Assembly (NCBI RefSeq): GCF_006345805.1
Contig: NC_042997.1
Span: forward strand, 199,640,001-199,704,000
Reading direction: 5' to 3'
Origin: Octopus sinensis
Lineage: Eukaryota
DNA: 64,000 nucleotides
The notes below the pieces were generated by a model, which saw only the letters and a list, made by a program, of their open reading frames with translations, ran no database searches and was not told the DNA's origin. This document shows positions 53,230 through 64,000 of the stretch, piece by piece; the stretch's first letter is position 1; the number at the start of each line of letters is the position of its first letter. The position numbers and the translations under genes were made by a program.

Positions 53230-53480
53230 GTTGTATGTGAATGACAACTAGAAAAGCATGAATAGTAGCATTATCTGTGTAGAAGTAAGCATTAAATAGG
53301 GGTTGATAGAAATCTGGTTATTTAATGTACAGGAGAAAGAGTAGGGGGCAGATAACTGAATCATAGGGTATACCAGACTTGATAGAAAGTACATCTGTAA
53401 AAGCCCCATCAGCACAATTTCTGTTGATGCTGACAAATAGATTCTGATCTGAGAGCCAAGAAACAAATGGAACCAATTGC
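53230..53480 (-). mobile_element. Old CR1/L2-like LINE RT fragment
   Basis: Minus translation DGAFTDVLSIKSGIPYDSVICPLLFLLYI resembles SGVPQGSVLGPLLFLLYIND. Confidence 0.65.
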
Positions 53481-54457
53481 TTCTCTGCAGTTCAGTATCA
53501 TAAAAAAGTTATACACACACAGAAATAATAACTTTAGTACAAAGTGCACAGAATAGCTGAAAGTTTCTGTATTATATAATAGTGATTGTCTTAACATCAA
53601 TTTTATCCAAGTGACAGAAAACACTTTTTAAATGATAAAATTCTGAAATAATTAGGAATATTTCAAGCTTTAGCTTGCTGTGTATTGATAAAATTTTGTC
53701 AAATGGGTTTTATACTTTCTTTAGCAGCCATTCATCACTTAATATATTGTGAAAGGTGTTATCATTCATTTTTGAATTCATAATCTGACTAACACAGAGT
53801 ATTTGATAAGTTACAGATTATTTACATCATTTCAGATTCATTACATTTATATTTATCTTTCACTTACCAGAGATAAGACTGACATTTTTTTTCTCTATGA
53901 CTGATAGCAAATTAATGCTTAACTATGGTGTTAATTGACCTTAATAATTTTCCAAGTTGATTAATTGAAAATTTAATTTTCTGCAAATACTTTTCATCAG
54001 CTGAGAAGATGAAGGAATTATGGCCAGAAGGCAAAAAAACACTTGCAATTGATATCAACCAAGTAGATTTCAAGCAAAGATGTATTGGAATAAATTTAAA
54101 CCAGATTGATAGAAATAAGACTTCTTTTACTTTCCAATATTTAAATAACATTCTAACATTTCTACTTTACAACTTCTGTTGCTTATTAGTATTTTTTCAA
54201 TTACTACATGAGCAAGAAGTTTGGGAGAAAATAGAAAAGTGAAGGTTTAGTTCAGAGATTTCTTTCGACATTTCTTTTAAAATTTAGTAACTGTGGTTGC
54301 AAAACAAAGATTGATTAATTCGGACAACTGATTGATAGTGATAAATTGAGATTAATTTGATTTCTGTTTTTACTAAACTTCTTTTTTCTCTCAGTCCAAG
54401 TGTAGCATACAATTCTGGAGAAGCTGATATGAAGACAGAAGTTATATCAGTTGAACA

Positions 54458-54471
54458 GTAGCCATGGTAAC
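54458..54471. promoter_or_regulatory. RFX X-box consensus match
   Basis: GTAGCCATGGTAAC fits GTNRCC-NN-RGYAAC; motif match only. Confidence 0.3.
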
Positions 54472-55200
54472 TGTGGTAGATAACTTGGTAATAGTAAAGT
54501 GCTTTTATAAATTAAAGTCTGAAAACATTGCTTCCTACTCCAAGATTTTGCAGCAAACAAAAAAAACAAAGGTTTACATTTTGCTCTGTCTATTTTTTTA
54601 AGGTATCAGCTTATGTAGTAAAAAACAAAATGTAATGTAGATAAATTGTTGCAAAGCAGAATTAATATATTTACTTGAGAAGTTGAATGACATGGAGCTT
54701 GAAGATAATGATTTACTATTCTGGTATGTATTTTGGAGAAGATGATGACTAAACTGAAAGAATACTAGGTTGCCAGCCAGGAGTTCAACAGTATGTGCCT
54801 TGCCAGTACCATTTTATGTTGTATATGTATTTAATAATACACGAAGGCCGATGGCTTGGTGGTTAATTGTGTTGGGCTCATGATCAAAAGTCATGGATTC
54901 AATTCCTGAACTGAGTGGCTTGTTGTGCCCTTGAGCAAAACACTTTATCCCACTTTGTTCCATCATCCTCCTAGTGCTGGTGCAACCCTCTCTCCCTCAT
55001 ATTCAGGATTTTCCTCTGGGTCAAGGGTGGCAAGAGTTGATATCATGTCTTTCACTGTTAGGACTAGATTTGTGGACAAGGTTATTATATTAATAATAGA
55101 GATGAGGTATTATAGAAACAGAAATGAACATAGATGTATAACATACTTTTAATTACTCTTCAACAAGGCATATACTACACTCATAACAAGGAATTTTTTG

Positions 55201-55334
55201 TCATATAAAAAATTTCAAAACACTATTAAATTTGGCAATCAATTCATTCATTAATGTACTCAGACATTATATAGTTGCTGTTTCTGATCCGTTGTTTAGT
55301 TACCATAATAACATGGAAGTGTATTTGTTGTTAA
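55201..55334 (+). repeat. ~134-bp direct repeat, copy 2
   Basis: Matches 52427-52560. Confidence 0.9.
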
Positions 55335-56609
55335 TGGTAGATGTAACAAACAATACTCATTTGCAAGTCACAGCTGTGGTTAATGACACATGACTATCAG
55401 AGCAAATGACTAAAAGTAAATTAGAAACATCAGGTGTGAATAATTTACTGCAGTGGATATATTGAAAAATTGACAACTATGAATGCTGAAATGGCCCTGT
55501 GGGTGAGGAAGTTCACTTTACAATAATGTTTGCACTTTAGGCAAATGTCTTCTATCATAAACTTAGGTCAATCAATACTCTGAGTAGAATTTGGTTGATG
55601 GAAACTGTGCAGAACCTTGCTGTGTGTATATATGTGTGCATGCATGTCCTATATTGATGTATTGTGGTGAGGATTATAATCATCAATGAGAAAACTGAAA
55701 CACTTCATTTATAAAATGAATGAAGTCCCTTGAGATATTGGTTCTCAACTGATTTACAGACACTCCAGTTTCACTGCTGCTTGATAGAAAAGTGTCAGAA
55801 AAGCAGTGCAACTAGTGTTTGACCAATTGGAAATCTTTACTAAATGATGCTGTTGTTCAAAAGTAGGTTATTAACTACATTATTATTAAGTGAAAGTGTT
55901 AATCATTGGTGTTGCCACTGGTCTTGACAGTAAGTCACTCGAATTAATCATTAGTTGGTGTTGTACGATAACTGACTCAATGATTTGACAGATTAACTAA
56001 GGAAGGAAGTAAGGATTTATGTTAGAGTGAAGTGATAGCATTTCTAATATACAAGAATGATTTCATCAATGATTTGTCTGCAAATTTAGACATGCTAAAG
56101 AAAACTGTCAAAAGATAAAGGAATTTTACTCCTAAAATAAATCAGATATTATTGAGGCACAGTTATGGTAGGTTTGGGGTTTAGTCCTACAGTGTGGCAT
56201 CGAGGGCAAATGTCTTCTACTATAGACCTTGGTCAAAGCCTGGTGAGTGAATTTAGCATGCAGAAACTGAAAAGAGCAGATTTTTTTGTATGTGTACATG
56301 TATGTGTGTTGGATTACATTTGCACTTTACAAAACTCACTGTGAGTGGTGGTGATGTTATAACTTCTCCTGTCAACAAATCAAGAATAAATAAGAGACCC
56401 CCTTACTTAGAAACAAGTAAGGATCAGTGACAGGAAGAGCATCTGGCTACAAAAACAATGCTTCAGTTGTACATACAACTAATCTATGCTAGCACAGTAA
56501 AAAATGGATGTAAAATGAACAACAGTTAATATAGTAAATTCATTTGGAGCTGTAAGAGAGAGAGAGAGAGAGAGATACTGGATTAATATTAAATTCCTTA
56601 TGTGGTCTG

Positions 56610-56860
56610 GCTCTCTATTGGTTATGACGACAAGTGTTCCAGTTGATTCAATCAACAGAACAACCAGCTTGTGAAATTGACATGCAAGTGGATGAGTACA
56701 CCCCCAGACATACATACCCTTACTGTATATCTCAGGGAATTTCAGTGTGACAAGGGGTGGCTCTTCTGAATTACAAGTACAACCCATTTTTGCCAGCTAA
56801 GCAGACTAGAGCAATGTGAAATAAAGTGACTTGCTCAGCATGCCACCAGGAATCAAACTC
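56610..56860 (-). mobile_element. Decayed family D-related SINE
   Basis: GGTTATGACGACAAGTGTTCCAGTTGATTCAATCAACAGAACA is the reverse complement of the 13700-13750 tail. Confidence 0.7.
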
Positions 56861-56931
56861 AATTAGTTAATTAATAAAATAAGGTTCTACTGTTTTAGTA
56901 GAATTGAATTGTTTTGAAAGAAAATAGTGAA

Positions 56932-57150
56932 GTAAAAATTCTTTCCTGGCATCCGAAAGACCTGACATTGGAACAGATTATAGAGGCTATACAAATACAG
57001 AAAGCAGACTTCCCCTCACTCAAACTCAATGAAGAATGGATGACTTAGCACAGTAATACAAAAATAACTACCATAGAGACATCACTCTAAAATCTACCCA
57101 TTGAGAAGGTTACAGATTTGGTGGTGGAAACTATGCTTGGCGAAATAAAA
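56932..57150 (+). mobile_element. Penelope-like element 3' remnant (GIY-YIG C-terminus, degenerate HHR, AATAAA)
   Basis: 56932-57048 translates VKILSWHPKDLTLEQIIEAIQIQKADFPSLKLNEEWMT*; then CCA-TTGAGAA..GAAAC..TGG and AATAAA. Confidence 0.55.
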
Positions 57151-57984
57151 ATATATAAACAAAACAATGAGTGAACATGTTTACAGGCCAAAATATAACA
57201 ATATTTAAACGTTACTACTTTTGAAGAGGCTGGTGGAAAATGAAGACTTCTAAGTATAAATTCAAAGAAAATGTGAAATAATTCTAGAGAAAAGTAAATA
57301 GGTTATTTATGAAATAGTTTGAAATTCTTTGCAAACAATTATATACTTCAACAAATTTTCACATTCATAGCTTAGATAAAACTTTTTATTGAACATTATC
57401 ATAGGTTTATGGAAAATAAATTATGTGATAACTAGGTGGATATATTTTTACTTGACTTTATTTCCATAATTTTCTTATTTGGTATTGGCAATTTAAAAAC
57501 TTGCATACTAAATAAATTTTCAGTGTGAAATAGTTTTGAAACCATCAGAAACTAAAAATAAAAAAAATAATAGTTAAAACAATACATATAGTTCAATGGA
57601 TTTTCGGATGTTTTTATAGAGACGTTCAAATATCTAGGGAACACTTGTATGAATATATTTCAATTTTATTTATATCACCTCTGTGTTATAAAAATATTTT
57701 GCCAAAATTTTGAAAACCAATATTTTACAGCAAATTGTTCAATGTAATGTTAAACAATATCAAATTAAAAGCAGAACCCATATTTTGATAGTCTTCCACG
57801 TAGATTAGGCTAATTAATTAATGTACATCATGTGAGTGTGTGTGAGAGTATGTGTGTGTACCTTTTAATGTTTATAATTTTGTTTTTATTCATAATTTAT
57901 TTGTTTAACTATTTGGTGGCTGTTCTACATTTTGTGTTGCATTTATATATTTTCTTTTAATATTTGGAGGAAATATTTGGTTGG

Positions 57985-58400
57985 TGTGACATAGCTTTGT
58001 ATAGAAGTTTGCTTTCACAGCCATGCAGTTTTGGTTTCAGTCATACTGAACGACACTTGAGACAAGTGTCTTCTGCTACAGTGTTGGGTTGACCAAAGCC
58101 TTGCAAGTTTGTTTGGTAGATGGAAACTGAAAGAAACCCTATATGTATATATTCTTTATTCATTTACTAGTTTCAGTTATTTGACTGTAGCCATGTTGGA
58201 GCACAACCTTGAAGTGTTTTAACTGAATAAATTGACCTCTGGACTTAATTCTTAAGCCTAGTACTTATTCTATTGGTCTCTTTTGCTGAACCGCTAAGTT
58301 ATCGGTACCTAAACACACCAACACCAGTTGTCAAGAGGTGACGGAGGGAGACAAGCAGAGACACAAAGACATGCATACGCACACATACACACACACACAT
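57985..58400. mobile_element. Family B head (+, 57985-58150) abutting a family B tail (-, 58155-58400)
   Basis: Motif matches to other B copies. Confidence 0.75.
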
Positions 58401-58414
58401 GCAAATGTAGAGAG

Positions 58415-60070
58415 AGAGAAACTACGGAGAGAAAGGATTCTAAAACCTTCTATGACGGCCTCAAGAAAGCGCATGGTCCTCAAGAGCACGGTGTTACTCC
58501 TATTTTTTCATCGAATAGAGACACTGCTGACGGACAAATATGACATCTTGAAACAATGGAAAGACCACTTTGGAGCCGTGTTGAACTCCACCTCAGTCAC
58601 TAATGATAACGTCATAACGGCTATTCCACAGCACACTGAAATATTGGAAATATCTCTGGAGGCAACCTTCCTGGAAGTGGTGAACCCCATTAAACAGATC
58701 TCCTCAGGTAAAGTGCCTGGCAGGGATACTGTCCTGCCTGAAATCTAAAAGCATGGTGGACAGAAGCTTTTCAAGAAATTGCATGACCTCTTCATAAATA
58801 TCTGGAGGGTAGGCTGTGTACCACAGTACTTTAAGGATGCCTCAATTCAACATCTTTATAAGAACAAAGGAAACAGAAGTGTCCATGATTAGGCAGCAAG
58901 CTGGCAGAATCGTTAGCACACCGGGCAAAATGCTTCACGGTATTTCGTCTGCCGCTACATTCTGAGTTCAAATTCCACCGAGGTCGACTTTGCCTTTCAT
59001 CCTTTCGGGGTTTATTAAATAAGTACCAGTTACACACTGGGGTTGATTTAATTGACTTAATCCGTTTGTCTGTCCTTGTTTGTCCTCTCTGTGTTTACCC
59101 CCTTGTGGGTAGTAAAGAAATAGGTATTTTGTCTGCCGTTACGTTCTGAGTTCAAATTCCACTGAGTTCGACTTTCATCCTTTCAGGGTCGATAAATTAA
59201 GTACCAGTTACACATTGGGGTCGATGTAATCAACTTAATCCCTTTGTCTGACCTTGTTTGTCCCCTCTATGTTTAGCTCCTTGTTGGCAATAATGAAATA
59301 AGAAGTGTCCATGATAATCATTGTGGGTTATCACTTCTGTCTTTTGCTTGTAAGATTCTTGCTCGACTCATTCTTGACAGGATCATCAAACATGTTGTAA
59401 ATGACATCTATCCAGAATCACAGCACAGATTTCGTTCTGGTTGTAGCACTATCAAGATGATCTTTTCTCTCTGTCAGGTCATTAAAGAGGTACAAGAGAA
59501 AAATCAAGAGTTGTTCAAGGTGTTTGTTGACCTTACTAAGGCCTTCAACACTTAACTGACAAGTATTTTGGAAAGTTCTGAAAAAGCTTGGTATACCTGA
59601 GAAGACGTTGAATGTTATTTCCTTTCATGAAGGAAGGAATCTTGTTGTCATGTCCAGCAGGAAAGTTTTGGCTTCCTTCAATGTTACAAATGGCACAAAG
59701 CAAGGTTGCGTTATGGCCACTGTATTTTTGCACTTTTTTTTTCAGTGGTGCTGAGGCATGCTTTTGGTGACATACAAAGTGGTGTCAAATTCCAGTTTCG
59801 AATAAGTAGTGGACTATTCAATCATCAGTGTTTCAAAACCAAAACATTGCTATTCACCAGTACCATTCGTGATCTGTTTTTTGCAGATACTGCATGAGTG
59901 ATGACCTCCTTAGAGGAAGCTCAAGGACTTCTAGACCAGTTTTTTTCTTGAATGTAAAGCCTCTGGTTTGACCATCGCCCTACTGCTAAGCAAATTCGAG
60001 GTGTCAATCAGAAGCCACCGGTTCACAATTTCCCTGACACTCCTATACAGGTTTAAAGGAAAAACCTGAA
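58415..60070 (+). mobile_element. RTE-clade (BovB-like) LINE RT region, pseudogenised
   Basis: LLTDKYDILKQWKDHFGAVLN..IKQISSGKVPGRD..PEI*KHGG..PQYFKDASIQHLYKNKGNRS/NHCGLSLLS..YPESQHRFRSG..FVDLTKAF..NGTKQGCV..IRDLFFAD. Confidence 0.92.
58890..59300 (+). mobile_element. Dimeric SINE family A insertion with 15-bp TSD
   Basis: AGAAGTGTCCATGAT at 58875-58889 and 59301-59315 encloses a full unit plus a 5'-truncated second unit from ~59123. Confidence 0.93.
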
Positions 60071-60071
60071 G

Positions 60072-60391
60072 TTTTCGTACAGAGATATAAAAATTCATGC
60101 AAATTCATGGTTGAATTAAATTAATTATATATCACTATACTCTTCAGTGCAAGAAGTATAAACAAAATTTTTATAAAGGACTTGAGAAAGGAAAAAGCAG
60201 AATAGGATCTAGGATACGTATTTATCCTTATGAGAAAAAGAGATGCGAGTCCAGTTAGGTATTAACTATAACGAGTTATAGTTAAATTTTGTTCATACTT
60301 CTTGCATTGAAGAGTACAGGGATATATAATTAATTTAATTCAACCATGAATTTGCATGATTTTATACCTCTGTATGAAACGATCATCTCCA
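60072..60391. mobile_element. Fold-back element with ~98-bp arms carrying two hammerhead ribozyme remnants
   Basis: Arms 60073-60170 and 60284-60379. Plus strand: TGCA-TTGAAGA-GTACAGGGATATA..TATACCTCTGTAT-GAAAC-GATC-ATC-TCCA. Minus arm keeps CTGAAGA..GTAC-GAAA. Confidence 0.8.
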
Positions 60392-60722
60392 TGAATTAAA
60401 ATTCTCTTATACATTTTAACATCTTCTCTTCTCCATTTTTAGCTAAATTGTTGAGTTTTATGGGATTTCTTTCCATAAATTCACAACACATCATATACAA
60501 GAATTATTTTCATATTCGTAAATTTATACCTGTAAACTACCAGCAAAATATGAAGAATCAATATTAGAAATCTTTTTTGGAAACCTCTAAATTAAAGGAC
60601 GAATCTAATTCAACCTTTTTACACCCATATATTACTATATATATGCCCTACTCTTGCATGCATGGAAGATTGATGTTAAACGATGATGGTGTGTGTGTGT
60701 GTGTATATATATACATACATAC

Positions 60723-61465
60723 ATATTGAATCATCCCATTAATAAAGCGGTTTTCTCAATTGCATGAACTAAAAGTCGGAGGGGGACAGGATAAACTACC
60801 TGCATCAACTTGCTATAAAAAACAGGTAGTAATTTTACCAAGTACTTATTCTTAGTGCAAGTTTTGAAGAGTGCAGTTTGATTTTATTTTTTCAAAGCTA
60901 TAATGGAGATGACAAAGGAGAATATTCAGCATATTTTGCTTTTTGAGTCAGATAAAGGCAACAACACAACAGAAACTGTGAGGAATATTAATGCAGTATA
61001 TGGGGATTAGACAATAAGCGTAAGAGTCAAAGATAATTCCAGAAATTCCGAGCCGGAAACTACTGCCTAGAACACAATCCTCATTCAGGAAGATCTGTAG
61101 AGCTCAACATGGACATCCTGCAAACTCTGGTGGAACAAAATCAAATCGTAACCATTGAGGAACTAGCAGAAAAGATTGGATATGGTCATTCAACTAATCA
61201 TTTAATGTCAATGCTAGAAGAAAAACAGCCATCTTTGGTTTCAAGATGAAAGGTGTTCTTCCATCAGGACAATGCTTAGCCACATACAGCCAGGATGACT
61301 TTCCAAAGGTTGGAGCAGTTTGAATGGGAAACAATGCCCTACCCACCATATTCACTGGACACTGCTCCATCCGATTATCATTTATTCTGCAGTCTTCAAA
61401 TTCATTTGGATGGGAAAAATATGAATTCTGTAGACGAGGTCAGAACAGCACTGGAGGAGTATTTG
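60723..61465 (+). mobile_element. Internally deleted mariner (DD34D) remnant
   Basis: ENIQHILLFESDKGNNTTETVRNINAVYG (HTH); FHQDNA*PHTA..MPYPPYSLDTAPSDYHLFCSLQ. Confidence 0.9.
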
Positions 61466-62499
61466 GAAGAGCATTGTATTTAACTGCTATTACATGCAGG
61501 TTCAGCAACCAAATAGTGGTTCCCTTTTTGGTACCGAGCCCATTATATATATATCAAAATCATCACTTAACATACATGCTGGTATGGATTGGATGGTTTG
61601 ACAGAATCTAGTGGATCAAGGACTGCAGCTTACACCAGACTCTTCTTTGGTGTGGTTTTTATGGTTGCGTTTTCTTCCTAATGCCAACCACTTTAGGGCA
61701 TGTATTTGGTGCTTTTCTCATACCACCAACTTGCAAGACTACAAACCCTGTGAGAAGTGGCTTTGTGCTAGAAGATGAGGTATCGTACAGTTTTTGCCAT
61801 GAAACCAAAGAGGCTCCTTGGCAGATATCCCTCCTGGTAACAACCAATCATTGCCAATACAGTTCCCATGGAAAGATTTTGCATGTGCTCTCTGGATGGG
61901 CTGAGATGGTTACATCTCAGTGTATTCTTGGCAAAACCAAGGATTGTACAGCATCAAGCCTGGTTGAATTTGCAGCAGACCATAACCAGTGGTTATCTCA
62001 TAATTCCACCTGATGAGGCCTACAAACCTAGGTGAATCCCTTTTCTCTGTACCATCTTATGTGTGAGACCCAACTTTTATAAATTATTGTCTTCTTAACA
62101 ATGATTTGTTTCAATGTCATACTGAACTACACAATAAATCTATAGATTTTGTCAGCACTTTAAATAATAAACACCTGCGTTTACATTTTATATCTCATAA
62201 ATACTTTACCTTTAATTCATGAACATAAAGAGATGAATCAACCAGGTAGGTTTTAGTTTTGCATTGGGATTTTGTCAGTAATCAGGTGCTCTCTTAAACT
62301 ATCCACAGAAATATACATTTATAATGCACTCCTGGTAGCTTGTTTGCTCAATAACATATAAATTAATAGTGTTAACCATTAAATACCAACTCAGAACTGA
62401 AACTAGAGTGCTTGACTTTTTTTCTGTTTACAAAAATATTATATACAGGTGATAACAGTTGCCTATACTTAGTTTTGAATTTAAAATCTATAGATAGGC

Positions 62500-62878
62500 A
62501 CATGTGTAGCTGTGAAGCTTGCTTTTGAACCATGTTGTCTTGGTTCAATCCTATTGCATGGTTTCTTGTGAAGAGTCTTCTATTAAAGCCCTAGGCTGAC
62601 CAAAGCTGTGTGAGTGAACTTGGTAGCTGGAAACCATGAGAAATCCATCGTATATGCAGGTGTGTGTGTGTACCCTTATCTAGATATTAATTGATGGTTG
62701 TGGATGAGCAGCATTGTCATACAAGCAAAGTTTGTTGCCAGTCTTCGGTTTAACAACAGGAATATATTATCTCACTTAGAAACAAGAAGATTGGCAACAA
62801 GATAAACCAGTAGTAGAAAATGTCTCAATAAATTCTGTCCAACCCATGCCAGCATGGAAAAGTAGATGTTAAATGATA
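62500..62878 (+). mobile_element. Family B-head SINE variant with a family C-like tail
   Basis: B-type head, then CCAACCCATGCCAGCATGGAAAAGTAGATGTTAAATGA; similar tails at 21200-21470 and 56340-56525. Confidence 0.65.
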
Positions 62879-63775
62879 TTCTATAGTTGAATACAGCTTT
62901 GAAACGAAATACTAAACACCAGTAACCTATAAATTGAACTGGTTGTAAAGAAAGTGTTATAATTAGTCTATCCGGTTTACATATACCTTGATTAGAACAG
63001 GGTCTATAAGCATAATCACTGCAGATGAAGGCATCCTCAGTCACAGATGAAATTACAACACAAGATTAAAATTACTGTGGTTATTCAGTGCTTTTCTGTT
63101 CACAAAGATATTAAAGACAAGGCATTTACATCTGTAGACATAATATTGGCTAACACCTATAGATATACTCTGTAGTTCTGTATTGCATTAACTTTTATTA
63201 TTACATATAAAACTTGGTTTAAACCAATGTTGACAATAGCAAATGACAGAAGGAAATTAATTATTAATGGTTATTTCAAAATTGTGTAAGTGCCAACTAT
63301 AATCAACACTAAGTTCTATCACAGCTAATAACATAACTTTACATTATATATACATATATATATAGTGTCATATACAAGCAATGTCTAACATATTTGCCAT
63401 CTAGTTATTGCCTTTAATTTCTCAACTAGTCATTTCCTTGGAGATTTTCAGATCCATAACCTCTTACCATACTGATTGTTTAGACGTGCCAACCATTTCT
63501 GTCTTTGCTTAGAGAAGCAAGGCAATATCACTTTGTTTCTTAGCACTCACTCAATTTGGAAGAAGGAACAGATAAATATAAATTGGGATATGCTGAGATG
63601 TATTCCAGGTTTTATAGAAAGGGAATTATCTTCCTTGTTATCTCCAGCACATAAAAGGAACTGAGGAAGGACATAAATGGTCTCCTGGATGTGTTGGGAG
63701 GAATTTCTGCTACGCGGTTCACTGTGGTACAGCAGAACTCAGATATTGATACACAAAGTTCATTGTAGCATCCCT

Positions 63776-63960
63776 TCATCATCATCGTTTCCACTAATGT
63801 CTGCTTTCTATACTGGCATATGTTAAACAGTTTGACTGAAACTGGTAAGCTGGAGAGCAGCTACAAGTTCCAATCTGATTTAGCATGGTTTCTACGGTTG
63901 AATACCCTTCTTAATATCAAGCACTCAAAGAGTGTAGCGGGTGCTTTTTACATGCCTGGA
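63776..63960 (-). mobile_element. Family C fragment
   Basis: (CAT)n followed by family C motifs. Confidence 0.75.
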
Positions 63961-64000
63961 TAGCATCCAAGGTCATAACTTGTTGACGTGAACCCTCTTC

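Noticed and set aside
54001-54460. Plus-strand exon candidates (MKELWPEGKK..; PSVAYNSGEAD..)
   Set aside because: Acceptors are plausible, but there is no good donor or recognisable homology.
62005-62040. CTGATGAGGCC as a hammerhead start
   Set aside because: No GAAA box or closing stems follow.

Overview
AT-rich eukaryotic intronic or intergenic DNA, almost entirely repeats and microsatellites. The SINE repertoire and (TA)n/(CA)n/(GAT)n/(AAT)n density suggest an octopus or other coleoid cephalopod genome (inference from recognition, not a search). I found no confidently supported host protein-coding exon; the supplied ORFs are spurious or decayed transposon fragments. Contents: at least four SINE or SINE-like families (my labels A-D; several copies with target-site duplications, TSDs), decayed RTE, R4/Dong and CR1/L2 LINE pieces, two mariner remnants, one DD37D/maT-like remnant, a hAT 3' remnant, a TTAA piggyBac-type MITE and a complete 366-bp non-autonomous Helitron. 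The most interesting signal is a set of hammerhead-ribozyme (HHR) fold-back elements. Four inverted repeats (16730-16844, 17994-18458, 18989-19098, 60072-60391), from three unrelated sequence families, each place two minimal type I HHR copies head-to-head, pointing outward. One HHR (18053-18141, minus strand) has a fully intact catalytic core. Solo degenerate HHRs and a GIY-YIG C-terminus/HHR/AATAAA remnant tie these to Penelope-like elements. Boundaries of decayed repeats are approximate (tens of bp) unless a TSD or terminus is quoted.
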